From Andalucia godoyi And28 (lineage: Eukaryota; Protista; Jakobida): a stretch of 64,000 bases of DNA. Made by a program: the position numbers and the translations under genes. The notes beneath the pieces are model-generated. The model searched no databases. It was not told where the DNA came from and was given only the letters and a program-made list of their open reading frames with translations. The stretch covers positions 296,452-360,451 of the forward strand of contig VRVR01000020.1 of assembly GCA_009859145.1 (NCBI GenBank), read 5' to 3'. Below are positions 46,476-57,000 of this stretch, one piece after another; the first letter of the stretch is position 1; each line of letters begins with the position of its first letter.

Positions 46476-47954
46476 TCACAGCTGCTGTTCGTCATGGTCG
46501 CGCCATTCGACGCCATGTTTGGCTACCAGGTAGTCTGCACTACTCGGACCCCGTGATCCAATCAGGTACGGATCCGGCTTCACCTTCTTCTTTTCAATAT
46601 CCGTCAGCACGGAATCAAATATTCTCCACGAAGCGTCCAGCTCATCTTCCCGGACGAAGTTGGAGCGGTCGCCGACGAGACAGTTGTACACGAGTCGTTC
46701 ATAGGCGTCTGGGATGCGAGTGTTGAATTTTGACTTGTAAAACAAATCCAGGCCGGAGACTGAGAGCTGGTGACCCAGTCCAGGGACCTTGTTCATCAGC
46801 AAAAACCGAATGCCTTCATTGGGCTGCACGTTAATGACCAGCTGGTTCGGAACAAGCTCGTTAGTGTCCGCATACAAACCGCCAGGAACGCTCTGGAACT
46901 GGATGCGAATTTGGGTCTTTTGCTCATCGAGGCCCTTTCCTGCCTTGATGAGAATGGGAACTCCATCCCACCGTCGGTTTCGGATTTTCAAAACGCATGC
47001 TGCAAATGTGGGAGTAATCGAGTCCTTGGGCACCGTTGGGTCATCAGTGTAGCCGTCCTTATTACGTCCCTTATACTGGCCAATGACCAAGTCCTCGCGT
47101 GCCAGCGCTCCAATGGATCTGAGGACTTTGACCTTTTCGTTTCGAACATCATCCGGTTCTAGAGACACCGGAGGCTCCATGCACAGCAGCGACAACACTT
47201 GCATGCAATGGTTCTGCAAAATGTCGCGAATGACACCATAGTTGTCATAGTAAGCACCGCGGCCTTCGATCCCGAGTGTTTCGGCAAACACAATCTGAAT
47301 TGAACGGACATGGGAGCGATTCCACAAGGCATCCAGGAAAACATTTGCGAAGCGCAGCCCCATTAGATTCTGAATGACTTCCTTTCCAAGGTAATGATCG
47401 ATTTTCCACGCAGTGAAGTTTGCTCTGCGCAGCATTGAAGACAGCTCGCGGAATGTCTCGAGAGACCGTCCAAAAGGCTTTTCAATAACCACGTGCGAGT
47501 TGCACGATGCGCATGAATTGGAAATGGTTTCCGCAGCCGAATGGAACACATCTGGCGGAAGCGACATGTAAAACACACGCTTTGCTTTCGAATCCGATCC
47601 TTCTGCCTCCGAGATCTTCTTTTGCAAAGCTTGCACGTCTTCCAGAGAATCGTATTTCCCAGAAATATACTGACAGTGTTCAAAAAAGGAAGCAACCTTG
47701 TCCTTCCACGCAGGATCTCCTGTTGCCATCTTTTCCACAAACGGCATAACTTTGGTCTTGAAGTCCGCGTTGGACAGCGAAGAGCGCGCATATCCGTATA
47801 CAATGAAGGACTCTGGAAGAAGATGCTGCGCATATAGCGCAAACAGCGCAGGATAGATCTTGCGTTTTGCAAGGTCTCCCGAGGCGCCGAGAACCACAAA
47901 GGAGAGATGGTGCGCAGCCAGGTCTGCAGCCTCTTTGGGAGAAACTTCCGACAT
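46476..47954 (-). CDS. G6PD: Glucose-6-phosphate 1-dehydrogenase
   Basis: GASGDLAKRKIYP, EKPFG, KIDHYLGKE, GVIRDILQNH and AYERL. Confidence 0.97.
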   Translation of the reverse strand: MSEVSPKEAADLAAHHLSFVVLGASGDLAKRKIYPALFALYAQHLLPESFIVYGYARSSLSNADFKTKVMPFVEKMATGDPAWKDKVASFFEHCQYISGKYDSLEDVQALQKKISEAEGSDSKAKRVFYMSLPPDVFHSAAETISNSCASCNSHVVIEKPFGRSLETFRELSSMLRRANFTAWKIDHYLGKEVIQNLMGLRFANVFLDALWNRSHVRSIQIVFAETLGIEGRGAYYDNYGVIRDILQNHCMQVLSLLCMEPPVSLEPDDVRNEKVKVLRSIGALAREDLVIGQYKGRNKDGYTDDPTVPKDSITPTFAACVLKIRNRRWDGVPILIKAGKGLDEQKTQIRIQFQSVPGGLYADTNELVPNQLVINVQPNEGIRFLLMNKVPGLGHQLSVSGLDLFYKSKFNTRIPDAYERLVYNCLVGDRSNFVREDELDASWRIFDSVLTDIEKKKVKPDPYLIGSRGPSSADYLVAKHGVEWRDHDEQQL

Positions 47955-48378
47955 CAAATCACTTAATTATTATTGCGACTGAGCGGGGCGATTAGAGAGA
48001 ACAAGCAAAAGAACCAAACAAGATGTTTCAGCCTTGGAGCAGAATCGAAAAGAACGAAAGAAGGAGCGGTGATAAACAGAGTTTTTTTAGAGGAAGAAAA
48101 AAAATTAAAGAATTAAAAGGAGGGTATTTTATTTTTGTGTGGTCGCATTCGAGGCCGAAATTGACGCTGTTGCCACCTATATTGCGATACTGTATGATGA
48201 AGAACAGAAACACAGCCACGCGCCGTGCGCCTGCGTTTGCTGTCGTAGCAACTCCGTCACACGATGCCCGATTCGTTTCGTCCCATTTTGATCATGAAAT
48301 CCCTATATAAGTACGCCGCCACATTGCATTCTCGCACAGCGACGCTCATTTCTTATTTTATTTTTATTGTCCATGCAA

Positions 48379-48525
48379 CGCAGCATCTATCCTAGGAACG
48401 TATCTCATGCCGAGGGGCGTGTTGGGGGCCTACCCCCTTCCCAATCTTGCTATGCATGTTGTTGGGTTGCAACATTGATTATGGGTGATCAGCGATGATT
48501 ATCCGTGGGTTCGTGCACAATGTAG
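48379..48525 (+). ncRNA. Putative stand-alone Fanzor omega-RNA / non-autonomous element end, copy 2
   Basis: 48416-48442 GGCGTGTTGGGGGCCTACCCCCTTCCC is nearly identical to copy 1. There is an 11-bp GCGA-capped hairpin (48481-48506) and a 3' GTTCGTGCACAATGTAG end matching copy 1. Only a RSIYPRN vestige of the ORF remains. Confidence 0.65.
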
Positions 48526-49122
48526 ACGACGTTTTTTGGCCCTTCCTTCTTTTCTTATCTTTCTACATTATGTCGAGTTCGGGAATATAAACAGAGCGAC
48601 GTCAAAGTATTCACTACAGACGCGAACAGCAGGTTGGGCCGTTTGGGAGGGTCTTTTTTGAAGAGATCGTCGCTCATTCTCTCGCCAAAAACATGAATCA
48701 CTATTGATCATTATCGGCCAAGCTGCCACCGAAGACAGATCCAAGCCACATGTTTTTTTTCATTTTAATTTGGGACGAGCACCAACTCTTCAATGCAGAC
48801 TGCTCGGCATCAAAGGGTCATCGCAACCACGAGCTTCTTGGTTCTCGGTATCATCGGGCATGGCCGGTTTTGAGTTTATTAAGAAGATTCCTCTTTGAAG
48901 CCATGGGATTCGATTATATAAGACAAACAAAAATGAACAAATAAAGGGGGAAAAAAAGAAGTGAAGAATGAAGAAATTCCAGACGTGACTACGGTATTTG
49001 TTTGATGTTCAACGTAGACGCACAAAGCCGTGATCCGTCCAGGAAGATGTCTGTGTGAAGTGGTGTTGCAGTTTTGTGCAAGGCGCAGTCAATACGGAAT
49101 AGAGTGCTTTTTTCCACGGTCA

Positions 49123-50125
49123 ATGTGTGACGCGGACTTGCAGCAAGAAGAGTTGGCGGTTCTCTCAAGCATCTATGGCAATTCCTTAACAGGACCGGAC
49201 CAAGATGGCAGATACAATGTTTGTGAATTCGGTTTCTCTTCCTCTTCCTCCCATGTATTTCTCTCTCCCCGTCTCCTGCTGCTTTACATTTTAATGTTTA
49301 TCATAGACATTTACGACTCATCTTTGTTCATCGTGTTTTTTTTCTTCTGTGCAGCTGGAGCTTGAAGAGGAAGGGCGAGACGGGATGCCATTGATTACGA
49401 TGTCAGTGCTCTTTTGGTTTTCTCCTCGCTATCCTTCTCTGCACGAGCCGTCTGTTGTGCTCTCTGTGCGCGGGGTGCCGTGCGAGGTCGAAAGAGCAGT
49501 CATGTCGTATGCCGACAGTCTTGCAGACACGTTTGATCCCGGCATATGTGTCATGTATACCTGGATTGAGCTCATCCGAAGCCGCCTTTTTTCCTATCAG
49601 ACGAGATCGTTAGCATCTTTGTCATCGTCGCATCTTGCCCATCCCACATCGACAGTGCTAGCGCTTGGAAAGGTCAGGGAAGAAAAGAATGCATCGTCGG
49701 TCTCTGCACGAATAGGAGCCCGGATCATCCATGGGTCTCCAGTTACGGAGAAAAGGTCCAAGTTCGTTGCGCATGTGGCATCGATCAAATCTCGTGGAGA
49801 ATATTCGGATTTCATAGAATGTTTGCTTTTGGATCCAGATATTCGGGGGGCGACACACAACATCTCTGCGTACCGAGTGAGGACCGAGTCTGGCAACATG
49901 GACGAAGACCGGGATGACGACGGGGAAACAGGAGCTTCGCAAAACTTGCTTTTCATGATGCAGACTGCTGGTTGCGAAGACGTGGCAGTGTGCATCACGA
50001 GGTGGTACGGAGGTGTGAAGCTCGGCAGCGATCGGTTTCGAATCATCACGAGCTGTGCACGGAGGCTGCTGGAACAGACGGGACACATCCGCTCGCCTTC
50101 TGTAGGCGACGTGAAGAAAGCATGA
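49123..50125 (+). CDS. IMPACT: IMPACT/YIH1 (RWD plus UPF0029 domain), two exons
   Basis: QQEELAVLSSIYG; intron 49219-49354; EKRSKFVAH, ATHNISAYR, DDDGETGA and ITRWYGGVKLGSDRFRII. Confidence 0.92.
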
Positions 50126-50385
50126 CGCAAAGTCGAAACGAATCGACACTCGACAAAAGGCATCAAGAGGAAATCTAAACAATAATTATATAAGTTATAT
50201 TCATGTCAATGGACATTTTGCCAATCACGAAAATGCGGGCGCTTGTTTTTGTGTTTTTGTGTTTTCGTATGTATTTTCTCTTCTTGTTGTTGTTGTTGTT
50301 GTGATTCTTCTCACGCATCCTCACTGTCACTGTCACTGCCGCTGCCGCTGCCACTGTTTTTGTTTTTGTTGTTTTTGTTGTAAGC

Positions 50386-51486
50386 ATGGTAACAGAAGAT
50401 AGCCACGTCCGAAACCGTGATTCTCGTTCTGTGACTGCTCAATACTCCAGAATAGTGCAAATGGAAGACTCCTCTTCTGGCGATTTTGACAGCAGACTCG
50501 ACAAGAAAAGGGACGATGATGGAGCAGACCACCGTCAGACAGCAGCCAATGACGATGATAGCGACTCAGACGGCAGCATAGACGGGGACCTGCCAATCCG
50601 AGAAAGAATCGTGAAGCGCGAATGGCACTCGTTTATTGCGATGCAGCTCATTGTATTCTTGATTGCGTGGTCCTGGTATGCATACACATTTCAGTACTTT
50701 GCTCTCGCGGTCCGGACTCCAGGAAAGGAGGTTTCTGCGGTTTTTAATTTGATTGTATATTATGCTATTTTTGGGATGATGTGTTGGTCGTACTATCGAG
50801 CGGTTACGTGCTCGCCGTCGTTCGTACCGGAGAACTGGGTGTCGCCGGATTGCGTAGAGCGTAAGCGAAATGGGACACTGCGTACATGCAAGTATTGCCA
50901 GTGCGTGAAGCCTGACCGATCGCATCACTGCTCTTCTTGTGATGCATGTGTCCTCAAGATGGACCACCATTGTGTTTGGATCAATAATTGTGCAGGGTTT
51001 GGAAACTACAAGTATTTCGTTCTGTTCATTTCGTATGCTTCGCTGACCGGATACTATGGATCCATTAGCGCATTCATGAGCGGGGGAGTGTCAATGGCGA
51101 TGGCGAAATCCGTTTCATCCTCGTTCTTTTTGCTGTTCAACATCCTGATTCAGTCCATGTTTGGTCTTGTTTTGATGTGCTTTGCTGGCTTCCATTTCTT
51201 CCTGATTTTCCAGAACAGCACCACTCTCGAATTTTTGGAAAAGAGATCTCACCGTCGCGCGCAATTTGGAAATGGAAACGTCAACCCCTTCAACGTTGGC
51301 AAGGCCAGGAATTTCACGCAGGTATTTGGTAGCAAGAAGTTGTACTGGCTTCTGCCCGTTCGCAAGTTTGTGCCAGGAGACGGTTTTACGTTTCCGATAT
51401 CCGAAGATGTGCGTCTGCGGTTTATGGAAGGAGGCTCCGGTCAACATTCAGTTCCGGTTACCGAAGATTCGTCGATCCTCTTGTGA
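50386..51486 (+). CDS. DHHC palmitoyltransferase (ZDHHC2/15/20, Pfa3-like)
   Basis: CKYCQCVKPDRSHHCSSCDACVLKMDHHCVWINNCAGFGNYKYF, TTLE and NPFNVG. Confidence 0.95.
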   Translation: MVTEDSHVRNRDSRSVTAQYSRIVQMEDSSSGDFDSRLDKKRDDDGADHRQTAANDDDSDSDGSIDGDLPIRERIVKREWHSFIAMQLIVFLIAWSWYAYTFQYFALAVRTPGKEVSAVFNLIVYYAIFGMMCWSYYRAVTCSPSFVPENWVSPDCVERKRNGTLRTCKYCQCVKPDRSHHCSSCDACVLKMDHHCVWINNCAGFGNYKYFVLFISYASLTGYYGSISAFMSGGVSMAMAKSVSSSFFLLFNILIQSMFGLVLMCFAGFHFFLIFQNSTTLEFLEKRSHRRAQFGNGNVNPFNVGKARNFTQVFGSKKLYWLLPVRKFVPGDGFTFPISEDVRLRFMEGGSGQHSVPVTEDSSILL

Positions 51487-51623
51487 GCGCGTTTTTTTTT
51501 TTTTAATGACTCCTCTTCCTTTTTTCAGTCGTTCACTTTTTGTTTCTTGTTGGATGGTTTTGTGTCGTTGATTCGACGGGAAAGTAGACCCCACCACATG
51601 TCGCGCATGTCGCGCCTGCCTGT

Positions 51624-52421
51624 TCATGGCCAGATGAAGTCCATGCACTTCAAGTTTTTGTACCCTTTTGCTGCTTCGAGCCACAGGCACATCCACTGTG
51701 CTGCGCAAAAGCTTTCCAAAAGAATGGGTCGTTCCGACACCTTCCAGTTGAATGACATGGCAGTCACAAAGTCGCTCTTGCCAACCATCATTTCATAGGA
51801 CGCACCGTACTCGCCGGTCCTGTCAGTGCCATGTTCACAATGTCCGTAAATCACAAGTGGTACGCTCCCATTTTGAGACGAGTAAGAGTGGATCAAGGTA
51901 TGCAGCTGTTCCATCTTCTGCGGCAGCTTGTCCCGCGACCACTGATCAAACGTCTTTGCCTTCTCCAAACGAGCAGACTCGGACATGTATCTCGCACACT
52001 CCTTTTCGCCATACAAAGGCCAATGCCAGAGAATGCCGTCGTTCGGGTGTGCGTCCCAAAATTGTTCTTCCATTTTCAAATCCGTGCTTTCTACAGGAAT
52101 GTTGTCATAAATAAAGGAAATATCCAATATGAAGAACCGGCTTGGAAACGGAACCGTCGTTTCAGCGGCGGCCTGGGACGCCATGTACGACTTGAGCTGG
52201 TCGATTGCAAAGCACTGCGTCAATGGATACTTTGTTCCGCAGTCGCCGAAATTGCCAGAGTCGTTCCGAGGCTGATCTCCTCGGAATATGAAATTGTACT
52301 GGCCGTTTCCAAACAGCGCGGAGTCCATGACATGCACTTTTCTCTCTGTGAGATCTTCTGCAACGGCACACGTGCACAAGCAGGCTACCAGCCCGCTCAC
52401 CAGCAGCAGCACCTTGTGCAT
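51624..52421 (-). CDS. Secreted protein with a PTP/DSP-type CX5R motif
   Basis: Signal peptide MHKVLLLVSGLVACLCTCAVA and active-site-like GHCEHGTDRTGE. Confidence 0.7.
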   Translation of the reverse strand: MHKVLLLVSGLVACLCTCAVAEDLTERKVHVMDSALFGNGQYNFIFRGDQPRNDSGNFGDCGTKYPLTQCFAIDQLKSYMASQAAAETTVPFPSRFFILDISFIYDNIPVESTDLKMEEQFWDAHPNDGILWHWPLYGEKECARYMSESARLEKAKTFDQWSRDKLPQKMEQLHTLIHSYSSQNGSVPLVIYGHCEHGTDRTGEYGASYEMMVGKSDFVTAMSFNWKVSERPILLESFCAAQWMCLWLEAAKGYKNLKCMDFIWP

Positions 52422-52860
52422 CTCCTCAATTAAATTTGAATTTAAAAGAAGAAGAAAATTAAAAATAAAAAAAGAAAGAGACCGACTTCGACGGTTTTGC
52501 CAAAAAATAATTATTATAATAAAAGTACTGGTGTCTTTTTTCTTTTCTTCCTGCTATTTATTTTAAGCTTACTTTTTTGCGGAAAACGAATCGTTGGGAA
52601 AAGCAAACAGCGAGCCCACGACATTTCATCTCTTTATCCTGCTTCGCCTCGCCCATCCAGGCGTTTCAGATGATGCTATTCGGACAGACTTTTTTCATGT
52701 ACAGCAGTCCATCGCAGGAAGGGGTTCTGCGAAATGCGCAAGCGTGCAAACCCGCCTCTCCACTCGTTGGATTAATGAAAACGACAAGAGCAGCAACGAG
52801 AACAAGAACAGAAGCAGCATGTCGAACGCACAAGCACTGTTTCAATGTACAGCGAATTTA

Positions 52861-53580
52861 TTATTGAGACAGAACGACCACGGACTTGCCTTTTGCAAGC
52901 ATTCCATGAACAGGATAGTGTACGACATCATATGGCTTTTGCAGCATTTGGCCCCACTGCTGGCAGCGCTCTTTGGATTTGATCAGGAAGATGTGTCGCG
53001 ACGCCTTGCACAGTTCGTTCAGAGAAAGTGTGATTCGATCGCGCACCGCAAATCCTCGTTCCTGCACAGTGTGAATCGCCACGTCTGCCGACTTCCAGAC
53101 AGACGCATCAACAGGTGGAAACAGCGAAGCAGTGTGGAAGTCGGGGCCCATCCCCATGACAAGCACATCAGGATTTCGTTTGGAAAACAGCTGACTCTGC
53201 AGCCTGTGGCCATAGTCAAGAGCACATGCAGCAGGATCCAACTTCGTGTTGGGGAACACGCATGATCCAATGCGGCTTCCCACAACATCCAATATGGTTT
53301 CCTTCACCAATGCAAAATTTGCATCTTTACTCGTGTCTGCCACATGCCGCTCATCCACAAGGAAGACATGGATCTTGTCCCACGGAACATCGACGTCCTG
53401 TGCAAGCGCCAAGTAAACGGGCCCTGGGGTACTGCCACCTGACAATCCAAGAATGCAGCTTCCATGCTCCGCTACGGCTTCGGAAATGTAGCCTCGAATC
53501 AGCCCCGAGGCTTGCGCCACAAAGTCCGAAAGAGTGCATTCCAGCGTCTCGCACTGCTGATGGTCCCCAACCCCCGTCAT
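52861..53580 (-). CDS. PGLS: 6-phosphogluconolactonase
   Basis: LGLSGGSTP, FLVDERHV, DANF, VMGMGPDFHTASLFP and RITLSL. Start taken at ATG 53580. Confidence 0.92.
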   Translation of the reverse strand: MTGVGDHQQCETLECTLSDFVAQASGLIRGYISEAVAEHGSCILGLSGGSTPGPVYLALAQDVDVPWDKIHVFLVDERHVADTSKDANFALVKETILDVVGSRIGSCVFPNTKLDPAACALDYGHRLQSQLFSKRNPDVLVMGMGPDFHTASLFPPVDASVWKSADVAIHTVQERGFAVRDRITLSLNELCKASRHIFLIKSKERCQQWGQMLQKPYDVVHYPVHGMLAKGKSVVVLSQ

Positions 53581-54079
53581 GATTCCATGTTCTGTGTGCT
53601 GACTGCTGCTGCGGACAGCGAAAGCAAACCGAACCGTGAAAGATCGCCGCCCAAAGATGACCACCGAGGGAAAAATGATGAGAATCGGGAATTCGAAGTG
53701 GATTCCTCCGTATAGGGTGTTTGATGTGAAGTGACGGTACCCTTGGTGAAGTCTCAGCTTGAATGCAAGCAGAAATCCATTGGCGGAGTTTTGCCCTCCG
53801 TCGGATCCCCCAGAAAACATCTTTCACGGAAAAAGCGCGCAGCAGGCAAAGAAGCACCTTTTCCTCGAAAGGGGGGGGTTTCCTTTCGTTGGGAGAAACT
53901 GGCGGAGACTTTCTCGGTTTACTTCGTTTGTTTGTTGCTGTTTTTCTTTTCTTTTCTCTTCTCTTTTTCATTCTATTTTATAATTATTGTGTGTGTGCGT
54001 GTTCTCCTCTTATTCTTTCTCTCTTCCCATTTCCCCAACAAAAAAAGAAAAACATTTCATATTCCTTCCCGTTCTTTTG

Positions 54080-57000
54080 ATGCCTACGAACCGCATGAAG
54101 CGTCTTTTCTGTGTGCTCTCGTGTGTGCTCTTGCTGAGTGCCTGGGCAGTCTCCGCAGCCTCCCCGAAGCGCCTTGATGACTGGCCGTCAAGTCTTGTCA
54201 TCGGCAGCCTGCACATTGACAACATTGTTGTCGGTGCCCAGAGTGGAAATCTGTACGCCTTTTCAGCGAATGCGTACTTCGACTATCCCGACTTGCAGGG
54301 CCACGACTTGACATTCACGATTTCCGGTGAAATCGGCGGTCCTTCTCCCCTTGTGCTGCAGTTCACAGGACAGCAAGTCGGTACGTGGGCGCCATTCCCA
54401 ACGTCCGATATGCAGCTGGATTTCCTCAAGATCCAGTACGACTCCACGACAGGGCAGGGCGCCGTCTCTGGCGGCACCAAGTTTGGTTCATGGACCCTTG
54501 AAGTGGACTTGGACTTTGTCGCCCTCACCCAGCCCGCCATTGGATTTGTCGTTACGGATGCAAAACCGTCGTTCAACGGACTGCCAGGTGCGACGGCGCA
54601 TGCGTACGACAACATCAACTCCCTGTTGAATGTTGGCATTGTCGCGTCGACGTACACCGGAGAATTCCAGTTCACGTCCGGTGCCAAGATTCAGGTGAAT
54701 ACCGGGTTCAACATGTTTGCAGCATCAGTGTTTGATGGGGTTACCATCACTTACCACGGACAGTTCTCGTTCCAGAGCGGTTTCCATTTGTCACTCACCG
54801 CCGATGCGCAAGGATTTACCCTTGGACCCGACATTGCAGTGTCCGACGCAACCATTACAGTTTCGCTGGATTCGCCGTTCGTTTCCATGGCAGTTTCGGC
54901 CAAGTGGCTTGACGTCCCGGTGCAGCTTACGGGATCCATCGGCTCGACTGACATTCAGTTCTCAGGATCATCTGCTGGTCCTTGGAACATTGACCACGGA
55001 AAGACGCCGGTTGTTCTTACGAATATGCTCATCACATTTGACTTCAACTTTGCACAGAAGATGACGACAGGAGAATTGAAGGGTACCGTCACTTGGGGTT
55101 CTTTCCCCCCAGTGACGGGTATCATGAAGTATCCTGCTGACGGCCAGGCTCTTGGTTGTTTCTCGCTGACTGCCATTGTCGGCAATCCAAATGTCCAGCT
55201 GACATCGATTGTGAGTCAATCCACTGGTGATTCCTCTCCTGGATCGAGCTACCCGTCGGATTCTCAAGATCTCTTTGGAACGGATCTCACTTCTATCGAG
55301 CTGTCCTTGTACCCGAACTGCGGCGCCTTGTTCGTCGGAGCCGAGCTCAATTCTGCGACGTTCGGCCAGGTCGATCTTGGATTTGCTCTGTATGATTTCG
55401 TTCCGGTGAGCACGGTGCTGCGTACATTTGCGAATGCGATTCCGGTGGATCCTCCAGTTCCCATTTCAGGCAGCGCATATACTGTCGGAACGAAGGAGGC
55501 GTTCGTCTCGGCCGCGGATGCATTTGACGCGATGAATACTTCAGCCACAGATCCGATCTTGGTTCCGAAGGCATACATCCAGAACACATTCATCAAGTAT
55601 GCCATGAATTCGATTATGACCACCATCGGTGCCTTCCGTCTCCCAATGCTGGTGCAACTAACAGAGCACAAGGTGCAGATTCCTGTCCAGGAACTAATGG
55701 GATCAGTGCAGACTGCAGTTCAGAGTGTTGACTGGATCACCCCCGTGTTCTACCCCAACGGAACTTGGGAGTATCTTGTGCAAATGACAACACAGAACGC
55801 AAAGTGGCCGTTGTCGGAGCCTGCCGGTGTTTATTTGGTGAATCCCTCCTTCGCACTTGCATCGGCGTCGTTTGAAATGACCGTTGGTGAGACAACGCTG
55901 ATAGCGCAGGTAGGCTTGAATTTTGCCGCCGGATTCCTGTTCTCGAAATCATCGACAACGTCCTTGAACCCAGTGAAGAATATCATTAGCCCTTCTTGCG
56001 GTGACACCCTTGTTCAAGTTACCGGATACATTGGAAATGCGCAAACGGGATTTTTCTTGCAGGGCCTCCTTGCTGAAGGCTGCATTCCACTTGGCGACGA
56101 TCTGATTCTTTCGCAGACTTCTCTCCGTGTCCAGTCAGCAGTTCCCCAGGTATCCTTCTCGACCGTTGCGACGTTGCCAAAGACTCAGAATCTTCAACTG
56201 CAAGCAAGCGCCGTGTTTGGCACTGATGGCACCCTGCAGCTATCTGGCGCCACCCAGAGCGTTTATCATACATCAATCGGCGCAAAGCCGCTCGATATCG
56301 ATAACATCAATGCGCAGCTCTCTGTGCATTTGATGGGAAATTCATCGACCTTCTCTGTGTCACTATCTGGTGCAATCACGCTTGATGACGAAGAAGAGAT
56401 TTCAGTGTCTGCGTCGTTCGATGAGTCATCCACTTCGTTCTCCTTTACGGGAACAGTGCACAAGGACAAGCCCGTGAAGATGTTCAACCTGCTAGAGCGT
56501 TTGATCGGGGACGATGTGTACAACAAGATCCCCATGTCTCCCGAAATGAAGGACAAGCTGAGTTCTGTGTACTTCGTCGAAGGTACCTTGAACTTTGCCA
56601 ACTCCCCTCCGGCTATTGGTGGCGGCTTGACGGTCCAGTTCCTCACCTTGCTCGTGTCAGCGTCGTTGGAGTTCAACAATGGGCAGGTCAGCTTTGGATT
56701 CTCCGTGCAAGATACTGGCCATTTGGCATTCCCGTTCAAGTTCTCCGACCTCATTCCGAACGTGACCATTATTGACGAGTTTGCGATGTCCCATCCTGTG
56801 GTCATTTTATCCACTGCCCCGAGCCAGCTTTCCATCCCGGGCATTGAGATGACATACAACACCCAGACTGGTCTGAACTTCTTTGCGTTTTTGGCACTCG
56901 ATAACTCCACACCACGCAGCACGCAATTGACGAAGTGGCTGGGATCGAACCAAGTGACGGTTTCTGGTGTTTTGGACCCCAAGGATCTGTCCTTCTCACT

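Noticed and set aside
48555-48660. Inverted ATAATGTAG (48563-48571) as the end of a third omega-RNA copy on the minus strand
   Set aside because: No GGGG/CCCC stem-loop upstream on that strand; a 9-nt match in AT-rich DNA is compatible with chance.
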